Source: Spirochaetia bacterium
Lineage (GTDB): Bacteria > Spirochaetota > Spirochaetia > CAKZLE01
Length of the DNA stretch: 64,000 nt
NCBI GenBank assembly: GCA_963677595.1
Contig: OY782041.1
Location: forward strand, 2,688,001-2,752,000
Direction: 5' to 3'
Position numbers and translations under genes: made by a program
The notes under the pieces: model-generated
What the model saw: the letters and a program-made list of their open reading frames with translations, nothing else
What the model was told of the DNA's origin: nothing
Database searches by the model: none
Shown: positions 18,636 through 27,028 of the stretch, one piece after another
Position numbering within the stretch: position 1 is the stretch's first letter
How the letters are laid out: every line of letters starts with the position of its first letter

Positions 18636-20732
18636 GGCGAACTTGTAGAGCTGCAGGCAGTCCCCGCCTGAGGAGCTCACGAGGAGATAGCGGTCATCCG
18701 CGCTGACCGCACAGCTGTCGGGCACCAGGGCATCCGTCGACACGAAGGAATCATAACTCAGGTCAAAGTTCGCGAGGTCATTGTCGAAGCAGACGATCCC
18801 CTTGCCGGTCGAGGTCACGGCGAAGAGCCGGGAGACGTCGCTCGTTGAGTCGCAGTCCTTGGGGTTGAAGGCCACCGGGATGTGGGTCCCGCTCTTCAGC
18901 CGTGAAGTCTGCGTGAACTCCGGGACACCGAATGCAGCGTCAATCAGCTCATACTCCGCGATCGTGTCCGAGGCGAGGGTGAAGAGGGTGTTCCTCTCCG
19001 GGTGGAGCACCTGCTGGATCTCCGACAGGCCGTACCAGAGGCAGCTCGAGTGGCTGAAGGCATAGGAGCTCGAGAGAGCCCCCGAAGGCTCGATCTTCAG
19101 GATATGGAGCGAGTTCGTGGCATATGAGGCGAGGGAGAGCAGGGTGTCGTCATAGTCGACTGCCATGGACCTGATCGACACGATGGCGGGTTTGTTCTCC
19201 CCGAAGGTGAAGGCGTAGTTGCCCTCGAACGAGAAGGCCTGCCCTGCCTCCGTCCTGGTGAAGAGGGTGATCGTGTTGTTATCTGCGTTCCCGTCCGCCA
19301 CGAAGAGGTGGGTCCCGTCGCTGTTGAGGGCTATGGCGCCGATGTCGCTGATCGCGTAGGTCGCCCCGGGATCGTTGCTGCTGCAGAGGATGGTCTGCAG
19401 CCGGGAGATCGTATCGCTGTTGATCGAGTGGTTGAAGATCATGATCGCGTTCGAGTTGTCCGACCCGACCGCGATGATGGTGCCGTCCCCAGATGCAGCG
19501 ATCATGGACGGCCCGTCAAGCAGGTGGGCACTCCCGTCATGGGTGAAGGTCTGCTTCACGGTAAGGGTATCAGAGGTGTGCATCAGGGTCTGGACTGAAT
19601 CGGAGTTGCTTGCCGTGGTGATGATCAGCCCGTCAGGCAGTACCGCGATGTCGGAGATGCCGTCGAGGAGCATATCGGTCTGTTCCCCGTGGACATATTC
19701 CGCGAAGAGCAGGGGGGTGCCTGTGGTTACCGTTCCGATCGCATGGAAGTCCTGGGCGACCGACCCGGTGGACCCGATGTTCGGTGCCGTTACGACCACG
19801 TCGAGCCGGTGCTTCCCACCCGGGGCGTTTAACTGGATGGGGTTGCCCGTTGCGACATAGGCGCCGTCCACGAACCACTGACAGGTGAGGTCTGTCTGGA
19901 GGGAGTCCTCATCGGGGATGAAGGTGACCGGGATGGTGGGCTCCTCACCCGTGATGGTCTTCGGGAGACCTGAGATGGTACCGGAGATCGGGGGTGCGGA
20001 CGTGTCGGTGATCGGCAGCCCGAGGGTGACCTGCAGGTCGTTGAAGACCAGCGGTACCGTACCGGTGGTGGTCTTGGAGTCGATGATCCTGATGATCTCA
20101 GCCGACCCGCCGACCTTCGAGCCGTTCGAGGTCAGGGTGCTGCAGAAGAGGTAGGCTCCCGCAGGCCGGTCGGTGAGGGTGTAGGTGATCGATCCCCCTC
20201 CCGCAGCGGCGACCCCCTCGAGCACCTCAGCCTCCCCGGCGGAGCCGCAGAGCTCGATCGTCGAGGCCACGACCGGGTCGATGGTCTGCGAATCATCCCA
20301 CACGACGGTGATCTCGGCATTCCCGCTGCCGAAGAACTCCTCCATGACGACCTCCCCGGAACTGTTGTTGTTCGACAGGACGATGGACGCCTGACCCTGG
20401 ATCAGCCCGACATCGTTGCTCGAGTAGCCGATCGCCGTGATCTCCCAGGTGCCGGTTTGGAGCCCGGTCACGGTGATCTGGGATTCAGCTGTCTGCACCG
20501 AGAAACTGGTGCCGTCTGGACCGGCACCGATGACCGTGTACTTCACGACCGAGAGCGGGTTGTCGGGGTCGATAGTACGACTTCCCTGGTATCGCTCCAT
20601 CCGGATGTGGAGATCCGCGATCTCATCGGACTGCGTGCAGCCCGTCAGTAAGGCGATGAGGTATACCAGCACGAGGATGATACCTCCAAGAGAGACCCGA
20701 CTAGGTTTCTTCGTTTGGTTCTCTGTTCTCAT
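18630..20732 (-). CDS. Large lipoprotein with Ig-like beta domains and a C-terminal beta-propeller
   Basis: SD AGGAGG before ATG 20732; lipobox LLTGC; repeated propeller-like motifs (ASGDGTII, LNSDGTHLFVA, VSADDRYLLVSS). Confidence 0.7.
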   Translation of the reverse strand: MRTENQTKKPSRVSLGGIILVLVYLIALLTGCTQSDEIADLHIRMERYQGSRTIDPDNPLSVVKYTVIGAGPDGTSFSVQTAESQITVTGLQTGTWEITAIGYSSNDVGLIQGQASIVLSNNNSSGEVVMEEFFGSGNAEITVVWDDSQTIDPVVASTIELCGSAGEAEVLEGVAAAGGGSITYTLTDRPAGAYLFCSTLTSNGSKVGGSAEIIRIIDSKTTTGTVPLVFNDLQVTLGLPITDTSAPPISGTISGLPKTITGEEPTIPVTFIPDEDSLQTDLTCQWFVDGAYVATGNPIQLNAPGGKHRLDVVVTAPNIGSTGSVAQDFHAIGTVTTGTPLLFAEYVHGEQTDMLLDGISDIAVLPDGLIITTASNSDSVQTLMHTSDTLTVKQTFTHDGSAHLLDGPSMIAASGDGTIIAVGSDNSNAIMIFNHSINSDTISRLQTILCSSNDPGATYAISDIGAIALNSDGTHLFVADGNADNNTITLFTRTEAGQAFSFEGNYAFTFGENKPAIVSIRSMAVDYDDTLLSLASYATNSLHILKIEPSGALSSSYAFSHSSCLWYGLSEIQQVLHPERNTLFTLASDTIAEYELIDAAFGVPEFTQTSRLKSGTHIPVAFNPKDCDSTSDVSRLFAVTSTGKGIVCFDNDLANFDLSYDSFVSTDALVPDSCAVSADDRYLLVSSSGGDCLQLYKFAL

Positions 20733-20805
20733 TGTTTCCTCCTGTCTATTACCAACAGGAAAAAGGTGGAATTGATTCAAAACTTCGAACATATTATGAT
20801 AAATT

Positions 20806-21648
20806 ATGGTTTCCGTGATCATCCCTACCTTCGAACGTTATGAATTCCTCTGTGAGGCTGTAGATTCCGTACTGGACCAGCAAGTGAGTGACCTTGAGGT
20901 CATCGTCGTCGATGACGGCTCGTCTTCTCCGATCAGTCGGATCACGGAGCGTGACCCATCGGTCAGGTACCTGCGGGTCGACCACAGCGGGATGCCCGGG
21001 CTGGTGCGCAACCGCGGGGTGGCGATCTCCCGGGGTGCCTACCTGGCCTTCCTCGACTCTGACGACCTCTGGCAGCCGGGAAAACTCTCCCGGCAGCTCT
21101 CCTACCTCGAAGCGCATGATGAGTTTGACCTGGTCTATACCGGTGAGTTGTGGATGCGCAGCGGTAGGCGCATACGACAGAAGGCCTTCAGGCAGGGGGA
21201 GGGGGACGTATTCTCCCTGGCGCTGAAGCGGTGCATGATCGGTCCCTCCACGGTCCTGATGCGCAGGTCCCTCTTCGATGCGTACGGGGGCTTCCGGGAG
21301 GACCTGGAGATCTGCGAGGACTATGAGCTGTGGCTCCGCATCACTGCCGAGCATGCGGTCGGCTTCCTGCCGGAACCGCTGGTCACCAAGCGTGCCGGCC
21401 ATGGGGACCAGCTCTCGGAACGGTACGGGTACATCGAGCAGTTCCGTATCCAGGCCCTGAAGGAGCTGGTAGATGGGGAGTGGTTCTCCTCACACGGCCT
21501 GCCGCTTCAGCAGCAGGAGGCGGTGGAGGAGCTCATCCGGAAATACGGGATCTGTGGTGCAGGGGCGATGAAGCGGGGCCGTGCCGAAGAGGGGGAAGCG
21601 TACCTGAGACTCCGCGACCTCTATCGTCAGCGCCCCATCTCCTCCTGA
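20806..21648 (+). CDS. Glycosyltransferase family 2
   Basis: VSVIIPT, VVDDGS, RNRG, AFLDSDD and EDYELWLR motifs. Confidence 0.93.
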   Translation: MVSVIIPTFERYEFLCEAVDSVLDQQVSDLEVIVVDDGSSSPISRITERDPSVRYLRVDHSGMPGLVRNRGVAISRGAYLAFLDSDDLWQPGKLSRQLSYLEAHDEFDLVYTGELWMRSGRRIRQKAFRQGEGDVFSLALKRCMIGPSTVLMRRSLFDAYGGFREDLEICEDYELWLRITAEHAVGFLPEPLVTKRAGHGDQLSERYGYIEQFRIQALKELVDGEWFSSHGLPLQQQEAVEELIRKYGICGAGAMKRGRAEEGEAYLRLRDLYRQRPISS

Positions 21649-22457
21649 AGGATCTTCAGCAACGCAGGGTCCTGCTTCGCATAGGTGATGATGGTCCGCA
21701 GGTAGCCCTCAGGGGAACCGGTATCGAGCCTGGTCCCCTCGATGGGGGTGTAGACCACCTTCTTCATGTCCATGAGCTTCTGCAGCGCATAGACATGGTA
21801 ATACTCGCCTGAGGTATGCTTCTCCCAACCCTCCCGCAGGTAGGTGAAGATCTCGGGGGTGTAGAGGTACCGCCCTATGGTGGCCTCTTTGCTGGGCTCC
21901 GTTCCTGGAGCCGGCTTCTCGACGATCCCGGTCACATGGACGTTGTCATCATCGAGGGCGAGGACCCCGTACCGCTCGAGGTTCGGGGGATCATGCATGG
22001 TGGCCATGACCGAGCATCCGCTTTGCTCGTACATGTCGATGAGCTGCCTGCTCAGCGGTGTCTTGCCGAGATGGAGGTCATCCGGGTAGGCGACGATGAA
22101 CGGCTCATTCCCGATCGCTGCCTCTGCCTGGAGCAGTGCATGGCCGGTCCCGAGCATCCGGGACTGCCTGACGGTGGTCACGTTCACCGCGGGAGGTGTG
22201 ATGAGCTCGAGCTTCTGCTGGTTCCCTTCCTTCTCGAAGAGCGTCTCGAGCTCGACCTCCCGGTCGAAGTAGTCATCAAGCGCCTTCTTCCTCCTGCTGG
22301 TCATCAGCACGATATCGGTGATGCCGGAAGCGATGAACTCATCGATGATGAAATCGATGGATGGCCTGTTGAGGATCGGCAGCATCTCCTTCGGGACGGT
22401 CTTCGTCACGGGAAGGAACCGGGTGCCGTAGCCGGCTGCTATGATCAGTCCTTTCAT
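21627..22457 (-). CDS. galU: UTP-glucose-1-phosphate uridylyltransferase
   Basis: AAGYGTRFLPVTKTVPKEMLP, GTGHA, VEKP and GRY motifs. Confidence 0.92.
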   Translation of the reverse strand: MKGLIIAAGYGTRFLPVTKTVPKEMLPILNRPSIDFIIDEFIASGITDIVLMTSRRKKALDDYFDREVELETLFEKEGNQQKLELITPPAVNVTTVRQSRMLGTGHALLQAEAAIGNEPFIVAYPDDLHLGKTPLSRQLIDMYEQSGCSVMATMHDPPNLERYGVLALDDDNVHVTGIVEKPAPGTEPSKEATIGRYLYTPEIFTYLREGWEKHTSGEYYHVYALQKLMDMKKVVYTPIEGTRLDTGSPEGYLRTIITYAKQDPALLKILQEEMGR

Positions 22458-22592
22458 GAGTGAACTCCTGTGCAGTTGATTGGTTTGCCCCTACAGAGTA
22501 CCGGGAGAGAGCGGAAAAATCAACACAATAGCAGGCTTCGAGGAGCGTGCTCTCCTTGAAACTGGACTATGCATTCTGGTAGGATAGTCCGT

Positions 22593-23039
22593 ATGAAACT
22601 GAAGAACGTATTATCGAAAGAAGTCGTGAAAGTCGGCCTTGAAGGGACGACGAAGCAGGAGATCCTTGATGAGCTCCTCGATATCATCATGCTGACCGGG
22701 AAGGTCTCAGACCGGGAGACCGCTATGGACGGGCTCCTGGACCGTGAGTCGAAGATGTCCACGGGGATCCAGTTCGGTGTTGCCATCCCCCATGCCAAGA
22801 CGAAGGCTGTGAAGGAGCTGACCGCTTGCATTGGGATCAAGAAAGAGGGGATGGACTTTGCCTCATTGGACGGGGAACCGAGCTCCATCTTCGTCATGAC
22901 CCTCTCCCCGACAGACAGGACCGGTCCCCATGTCCAGTTCCTGGCTGAGATCAGCATGGTCCTGAAGACCGAGGAAGCGAGAAGGCAGCTGCTCGAGGCA
23001 GCCTCCCCGTCCGAAGTCCTTGCCGTGTTCGGGCTCTAG
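22593..23039 (+). CDS. Stand-alone PTS EIIA domain protein
   Basis: DRESKMSTGIQFGVAIPHAK, DFASLDG; start moved to ATG 22593. Confidence 0.9.
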   Translation: MKLKNVLSKEVVKVGLEGTTKQEILDELLDIIMLTGKVSDRETAMDGLLDRESKMSTGIQFGVAIPHAKTKAVKELTACIGIKKEGMDFASLDGEPSSIFVMTLSPTDRTGPHVQFLAEISMVLKTEEARRQLLEAASPSEVLAVFGL

Positions 23040-23049
23040 GCAGGCTGTC

Positions 23050-24690
23050 ATGACACATAAGATGCTGCAGCTCGTAATCCAGTTGGGGATCATCGTCATT
23101 GCCGCGAACTTTTCCGGCTGGTTCTTCTCTAAGAAACTGAAACAGCCTCGGGTTCTCGGGGAACTCATTGCCGGGATGGTCATCGGACCGTATACCCTGG
23201 GTTCGATCCATATCGCGGCGCTGGAAGGGGCTCTCTTCCCCCATACCGGGGAAGCTATCCCCGTATCTCCCGAGCTCTACGGGGTAGCTACGATCGGTTC
23301 GATCATCCTACTCTTCGTCTCAGGGCTTGAGACCGACCTGAAGACCTTCCTGAGATTCTCGGCGAAAGGCTCAATAGTCGGTATCGGGGGGATCATCTTC
23401 TCGTTTCTCCTCGGCAGCGGGGTTACCGTGCTGCTCAATCCGGCAGTCGATTCACTGATGCACCCAACAGCCCTGTTCCTCGGAACGATCTCGACCGCTA
23501 CATCGGTCGGCATCACCGCCCGGATCCTCAGCGAGAAGAAGAAGCTCTCCACACCGGAAGGGGTCACGATCCTGGCAGCGGCAGTACTGGACGATGTGCT
23601 GAGTATCATCCTGCTGTCGGTTGTCGTCGGGATCTCCATGGTCTCCGCATCAGGCGGGGATGTCGTGTGGGGCGAGATCGGGATGGTAGCCCTCAAGGCT
23701 ATCGGCTTCTTCCTCATCTGTACCCTCTTAGGCATCTTCTTAGCCCCAAGGGTCACCAGGGGGCTGAAAGCCTTCCAGTCTTTGGATATCATCATCAGCG
23801 CTTCGATCGGCATCGCGCTGATCCTTGCCGGGCTGTCGGAGATGGTGGAGCTTGCCATGATCATAGGGTCGTACATAACCGGGCTCTCCTTCTCTCAGAC
23901 CGATGTCTCCCACGCGATCAGGGAGAAAATCGAAGGTGTTTATGACTTCGTCGTACCGATTTTCTTCTGCGTAATGGGCATGATGGTGAACTTCATGGCC
24001 ATGGTCGATGTGATCTGGTTCGGCCTTGCCTTCACGCTCATTGCCTTCGTTGGGAAGGTCGTCGGATGCGGTCTCCCATCGATGTTCGTTGGGTTCAATA
24101 TACGGGGGGCGCTTCGGATCGGCTCCGGGATGCTCCCGAGGGGTGAGGTAACCCTGATCGTCGCCGGGATCGGGCTTTCCAGCGGTGCGATCGGCCATGA
24201 TATGTTCGGTGTGGCCATCATGACCATGCTCTTTGCCAGTGTCGCTGCACCTCCGCTGCTGATCAGGAGTTTCTCAGGCGGCTCCGGCTACCGGTCAACC
24301 CTCGAGGAGAAAGATGAAGCTGTATCCATAGAGCTTTCCTTCCCCTCTCAGATGGCTGCCGATTTCATGCGCCGCTCCCTGGCGGAGGGCTTCAGGAGCG
24401 AGGGGTTCTTCGTCAACCGGCTAGACCATACTGCCCACGTCTACCAGCTCAGGATGGAGCTCGTGGTATTGACCCTCATCCAGGAGGGGGAGAAGATCAT
24501 CCTCAACACGCCCCCGGAGCATGAACAGTTCGTGCGGCTGATGATGATGGAGCAGCTGCTGGACTTCAAGGACTTCCTCTCAGGACTCGAATCGATGAAG
24601 AGCCCTGACATGATGGGAGCTGAACTGCTCATAGGCATGTTCGCAGAAGAAGGGGCCAGGAAGTCAAAAGAGTCGGGTGCTTCCTCATGA
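23050..24690 (+). CDS. CPA2/NapA-type cation:proton antiporter with a C-terminal soluble extension
   Basis: GELIAG, ATSVGIT, AAVLDDV and MLPRGEV motifs. Confidence 0.9.
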   Translation: MTHKMLQLVIQLGIIVIAANFSGWFFSKKLKQPRVLGELIAGMVIGPYTLGSIHIAALEGALFPHTGEAIPVSPELYGVATIGSIILLFVSGLETDLKTFLRFSAKGSIVGIGGIIFSFLLGSGVTVLLNPAVDSLMHPTALFLGTISTATSVGITARILSEKKKLSTPEGVTILAAAVLDDVLSIILLSVVVGISMVSASGGDVVWGEIGMVALKAIGFFLICTLLGIFLAPRVTRGLKAFQSLDIIISASIGIALILAGLSEMVELAMIIGSYITGLSFSQTDVSHAIREKIEGVYDFVVPIFFCVMGMMVNFMAMVDVIWFGLAFTLIAFVGKVVGCGLPSMFVGFNIRGALRIGSGMLPRGEVTLIVAGIGLSSGAIGHDMFGVAIMTMLFASVAAPPLLIRSFSGGSGYRSTLEEKDEAVSIELSFPSQMAADFMRRSLAEGFRSEGFFVNRLDHTAHVYQLRMELVVLTLIQEGEKIILNTPPEHEQFVRLMMMEQLLDFKDFLSGLESMKSPDMMGAELLIGMFAEEGARKSKESGASS

Positions 24691-25172
24691 AGAACCTGCT
24701 GCGCTTCCTCCTGCTCGGATGTTTTTTCGTCATCGTCTTCATCCCGATCCGCGTCGAGTATGAGTGGGTCGTCTGGGCCCTCATCGTCGCGATGTTCGGT
24801 CTGGTTGCCGCCTATTACTGGGCCCTCTACGGGGTGACAGCTGCTCAGGCTGCTTCCCTGGCAGATGAGGCTGAAGTGGTCAGGTATTCCAAGTTCGCAG
24901 GGCTGGTCACCGGGCATGACAAGTCCCTCGACCTCATCCGGGGCAGGTTCCTCATCACCGATACCCGAATCCTGTTCGTGAGGAAGGCGAAGAAGGGGTT
25001 CGAACTCGCCGAGACGATACCCCTTGGTGAGTTGAGCGAGTACCGCACTGCAAAGCTGCTCTCCTACCGGAGGGGGATCATCTTCACCCTGGAAGATGAG
25101 CGTGAGTACCGTTTCACCATCTCCCGGATACAACGGGAGGAGGCTCCCATCAGGTCTGCCCTCGGCTGGTAG
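24687..25172 (+). CDS. Hypothetical protein (2 TM helices plus a beta-rich, possibly PH-like domain)
   Basis: Translationally coupled (ATGA overlap) to the antiporter; GRFLITDTRILF motif. Confidence 0.65.
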   Translation: MKNLLRFLLLGCFFVIVFIPIRVEYEWVVWALIVAMFGLVAAYYWALYGVTAAQAASLADEAEVVRYSKFAGLVTGHDKSLDLIRGRFLITDTRILFVRKAKKGFELAETIPLGELSEYRTAKLLSYRRGIIFTLEDEREYRFTISRIQREEAPIRSALGW

Positions 25173-25299
25173 ATGATTCCCGGTATCCCATAAAGAAACC
25201 TCTTGACGACCTGTAGCTATTCAGGATTGTCCTCGCACATGCACCGCTTTAGAGTAGAAGTAGATTCCCTGCAGGGATCTCTTTTTCAAGGAGAGGTGT

Positions 25300-25851
25300 A
25301 TGGATGTAAGAGGATGTATTGCAATACTGCTGCTGGCCTTCCTGGTCACCGGGGCTGCTGAAGCTGCGGAGCAGGAGTTGCAGATCGGTCTCTACGGTGA
25401 TGTCTCAGCCGTGGATGCCCTCTGGACGGAGCATGTCTACCTTCACGGCGGCATCACCGTCGATACCGGCAGCAGGCTGGTACTTGAGATGCCGGTCACC
25501 TATGTCCGACAGGAGGACGGCCATGCGGTGCTCGATACCGGGCTGCTGCTCAAGTACGACCCATTCGACAACGGCTTCTGGCTCGGTGCGACGCTCTTCC
25601 AGGGGGTGACCCTGCTCGGGGAAGATCGCCCTGATGACTGGTATATCTACATGCAGGAGTTCTCCTGCGGCTATACCCACCCGGTAGGCGGTTCCTGGTA
25701 TGTGGAGCCCTCCCTCGCACTGCGTGATCTCACCGGTGTGTTCCATGACAGCCTCTCCTCGGTCTCAGAATATGCAGCGGGCTACTCCCGCCTGCGGTTC
25801 TGTCTTAACTTCGGCTGGCGGGGAGTCGGGCTGACTCTCCCCCTAGATTGA
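25300..25851 (+). CDS. Hypothetical secreted protein, possible small outer-membrane beta-barrel
   Basis: SD AAGGAGAGG; signal peptide ending in AEA; alternating aromatic/Gly strands; C-terminal LNFGW. Confidence 0.6.
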   Translation: MDVRGCIAILLLAFLVTGAAEAAEQELQIGLYGDVSAVDALWTEHVYLHGGITVDTGSRLVLEMPVTYVRQEDGHAVLDTGLLLKYDPFDNGFWLGATLFQGVTLLGEDRPDDWYIYMQEFSCGYTHPVGGSWYVEPSLALRDLTGVFHDSLSSVSEYAAGYSRLRFCLNFGWRGVGLTLPLD

Positions 25852-25879
25852 GAGGATCAATCGAACAGGTGAGGTGTGT

Positions 25880-26725
25880 ATGAAAAGGTTTCTGAACAGG
25901 GCAGTGGCTGTCGTGCTGATGGTTTCGCTGGCTGGATGTTCCCTGGCGGGTCCCGGTACCTATGGGCGGATCGAGGATGTGTCGGATGAGGAGATCGGTG
26001 ACGTGGTGGAACGGGTCATCGATGAGCACTGGGATACCATCGGGGAAGCCATGGACGAGCATGGGTCAAGCATGAGGGCCTTCGGTGATGATATAAGCCC
26101 GGAGATGGTGGTCGAGGAGGCCTTCAAGGAGGAGAAGGGCCGGGAGCAGGTGGAGTTCTGCTATGCGGTCGCAACCGGGGCCGATGTCGACACGGTCCTC
26201 GGCCAGGCCGAGAAGCTCCTGACCGAGGAGCAGTATGCGGATCTGCTGCTGCAGGTAGAAGATAACCGGGAAGGTATCTACCGTGCCGCACAGCGGGCGG
26301 TCTTCGACATCAATGACGAGAACCGGGAGGATTTCTACGATGACCTCCAGAAGCTCGTCGTCTCGACGACCGTACTCCTGACTGCCTCGATCGTCTACTC
26401 GCTGATGCCCCATGTCTTCTACTGGGGCAAGATCACGGCCCTCGCTGCGATCAGCGTCTCGGCAGGTGCCGTCGCGGCGACCATCATGTCGATCTACAGC
26501 TGGTACCAGACGGACAAGGACGAGTTCGACGCGTTCAAGGACTGGCTGAACATGGTCACCGAAGAACCGCACGCAGCCTACCTCACGGTCTGCTCCGTGA
26601 TCTCGCTGGGCCACTCGATGAAGTTCAGCCCGATCTGTACCAGTGCCATCCTCGGCATCTTCGCGATCTACAACGTACTGAGCATCGTCCGCGATATGCT
26701 TGAGTCCTACGGGGAAGAGGACTGA
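25880..26725 (+). CDS. Hypothetical lipoprotein with C-terminal hydrophobic helices
   Basis: Lipobox SLAGC; acidic helical N-domain; about 4 hydrophobic segments; SD GAGGT. Confidence 0.7.
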   Translation: MKRFLNRAVAVVLMVSLAGCSLAGPGTYGRIEDVSDEEIGDVVERVIDEHWDTIGEAMDEHGSSMRAFGDDISPEMVVEEAFKEEKGREQVEFCYAVATGADVDTVLGQAEKLLTEEQYADLLLQVEDNREGIYRAAQRAVFDINDENREDFYDDLQKLVVSTTVLLTASIVYSLMPHVFYWGKITALAAISVSAGAVAATIMSIYSWYQTDKDEFDAFKDWLNMVTEEPHAAYLTVCSVISLGHSMKFSPICTSAILGIFAIYNVLSIVRDMLESYGEED

Positions 26726-26731
26726 CCTTAT

Positions 26732-26755
26732 AAGGGAGCCTCCGGCTCCCTTTCT
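26732..26755 (+). terminator. Intrinsic terminator
   Basis: AAGGGAGCC-tcc-GGCTCCCTT followed by TCT. Confidence 0.6.
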
Positions 26756-26775
26756 GCGCCCTCCAAAAAAACATG

Positions 26776-26852
26776 ATGTTTCTACAAATAGTAACTTGAC
26801 AGTTTTTCGTCTCTCTGCTATGATGCCGTAACGTTACTATAAATAGAAACAT
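26776..26852 (+). promoter_or_regulatory. trp sigma70 promoter flanked by two palindromic operator boxes
   Basis: TTGACA (26796)-17-TGc-TATGAT (26819); boxes GTTTCTA-caaa-TAGTAAC (26778-26795) and GTTACTA-taaa-TAGAAAC (26833-26850). Confidence 0.8.
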
Positions 26853-26864
26853 TGGATGGATGGG

Positions 26865-26924
26865 ATGAGCGGGATACAGAAGACCAGACAGCAGAATACC
26901 TCATGGTGGCATAGCTTGCATTAG
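26865..26924 (+). CDS. trpL: trp leader peptide (not in the ORF track)
   Basis: MSGIQKTRQQNTSWWHSLH*, with tandem TGG TGG at 26904-26909; alternative in-frame ATG at 26856. Confidence 0.85.
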   Translation: MSGIQKTRQQNTSWWHSLH

Positions 26925-27013
26925 CCCTGAAACACGTCAGGGCTTGAGTCTATGCTCTGGGTGTATGTGAAGAAGCAACAGATACAGGATCCCGGATGAG
27001 GGGTCCTTTTTTT
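26909..27013 (+). terminator. trp transcription attenuator (1:2 hairpin, antiterminator, terminator)
   Basis: GCATAG..AGCCCTGA-aacacg-TCAGGGCT..CTATGC hairpin; terminator AGGATCCC-ggatga-GGGGTCCT-TTTTTT (26986-27013); TCTGGGTGTAT can alternatively pair with ATACA..CCCGGA. Confidence 0.8.
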
Positions 27014-27028
27014 GACTAGGAGAGGAGA

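Noticed and set aside
26853-27013. T-box riboswitch or TRAP-protein (G/U)AG repeat control of trp
   Set aside because: There is no T-box consensus (AGGGUGGNACCGCG) and no regular NAG repeat array. The WW leader peptide explains the region.
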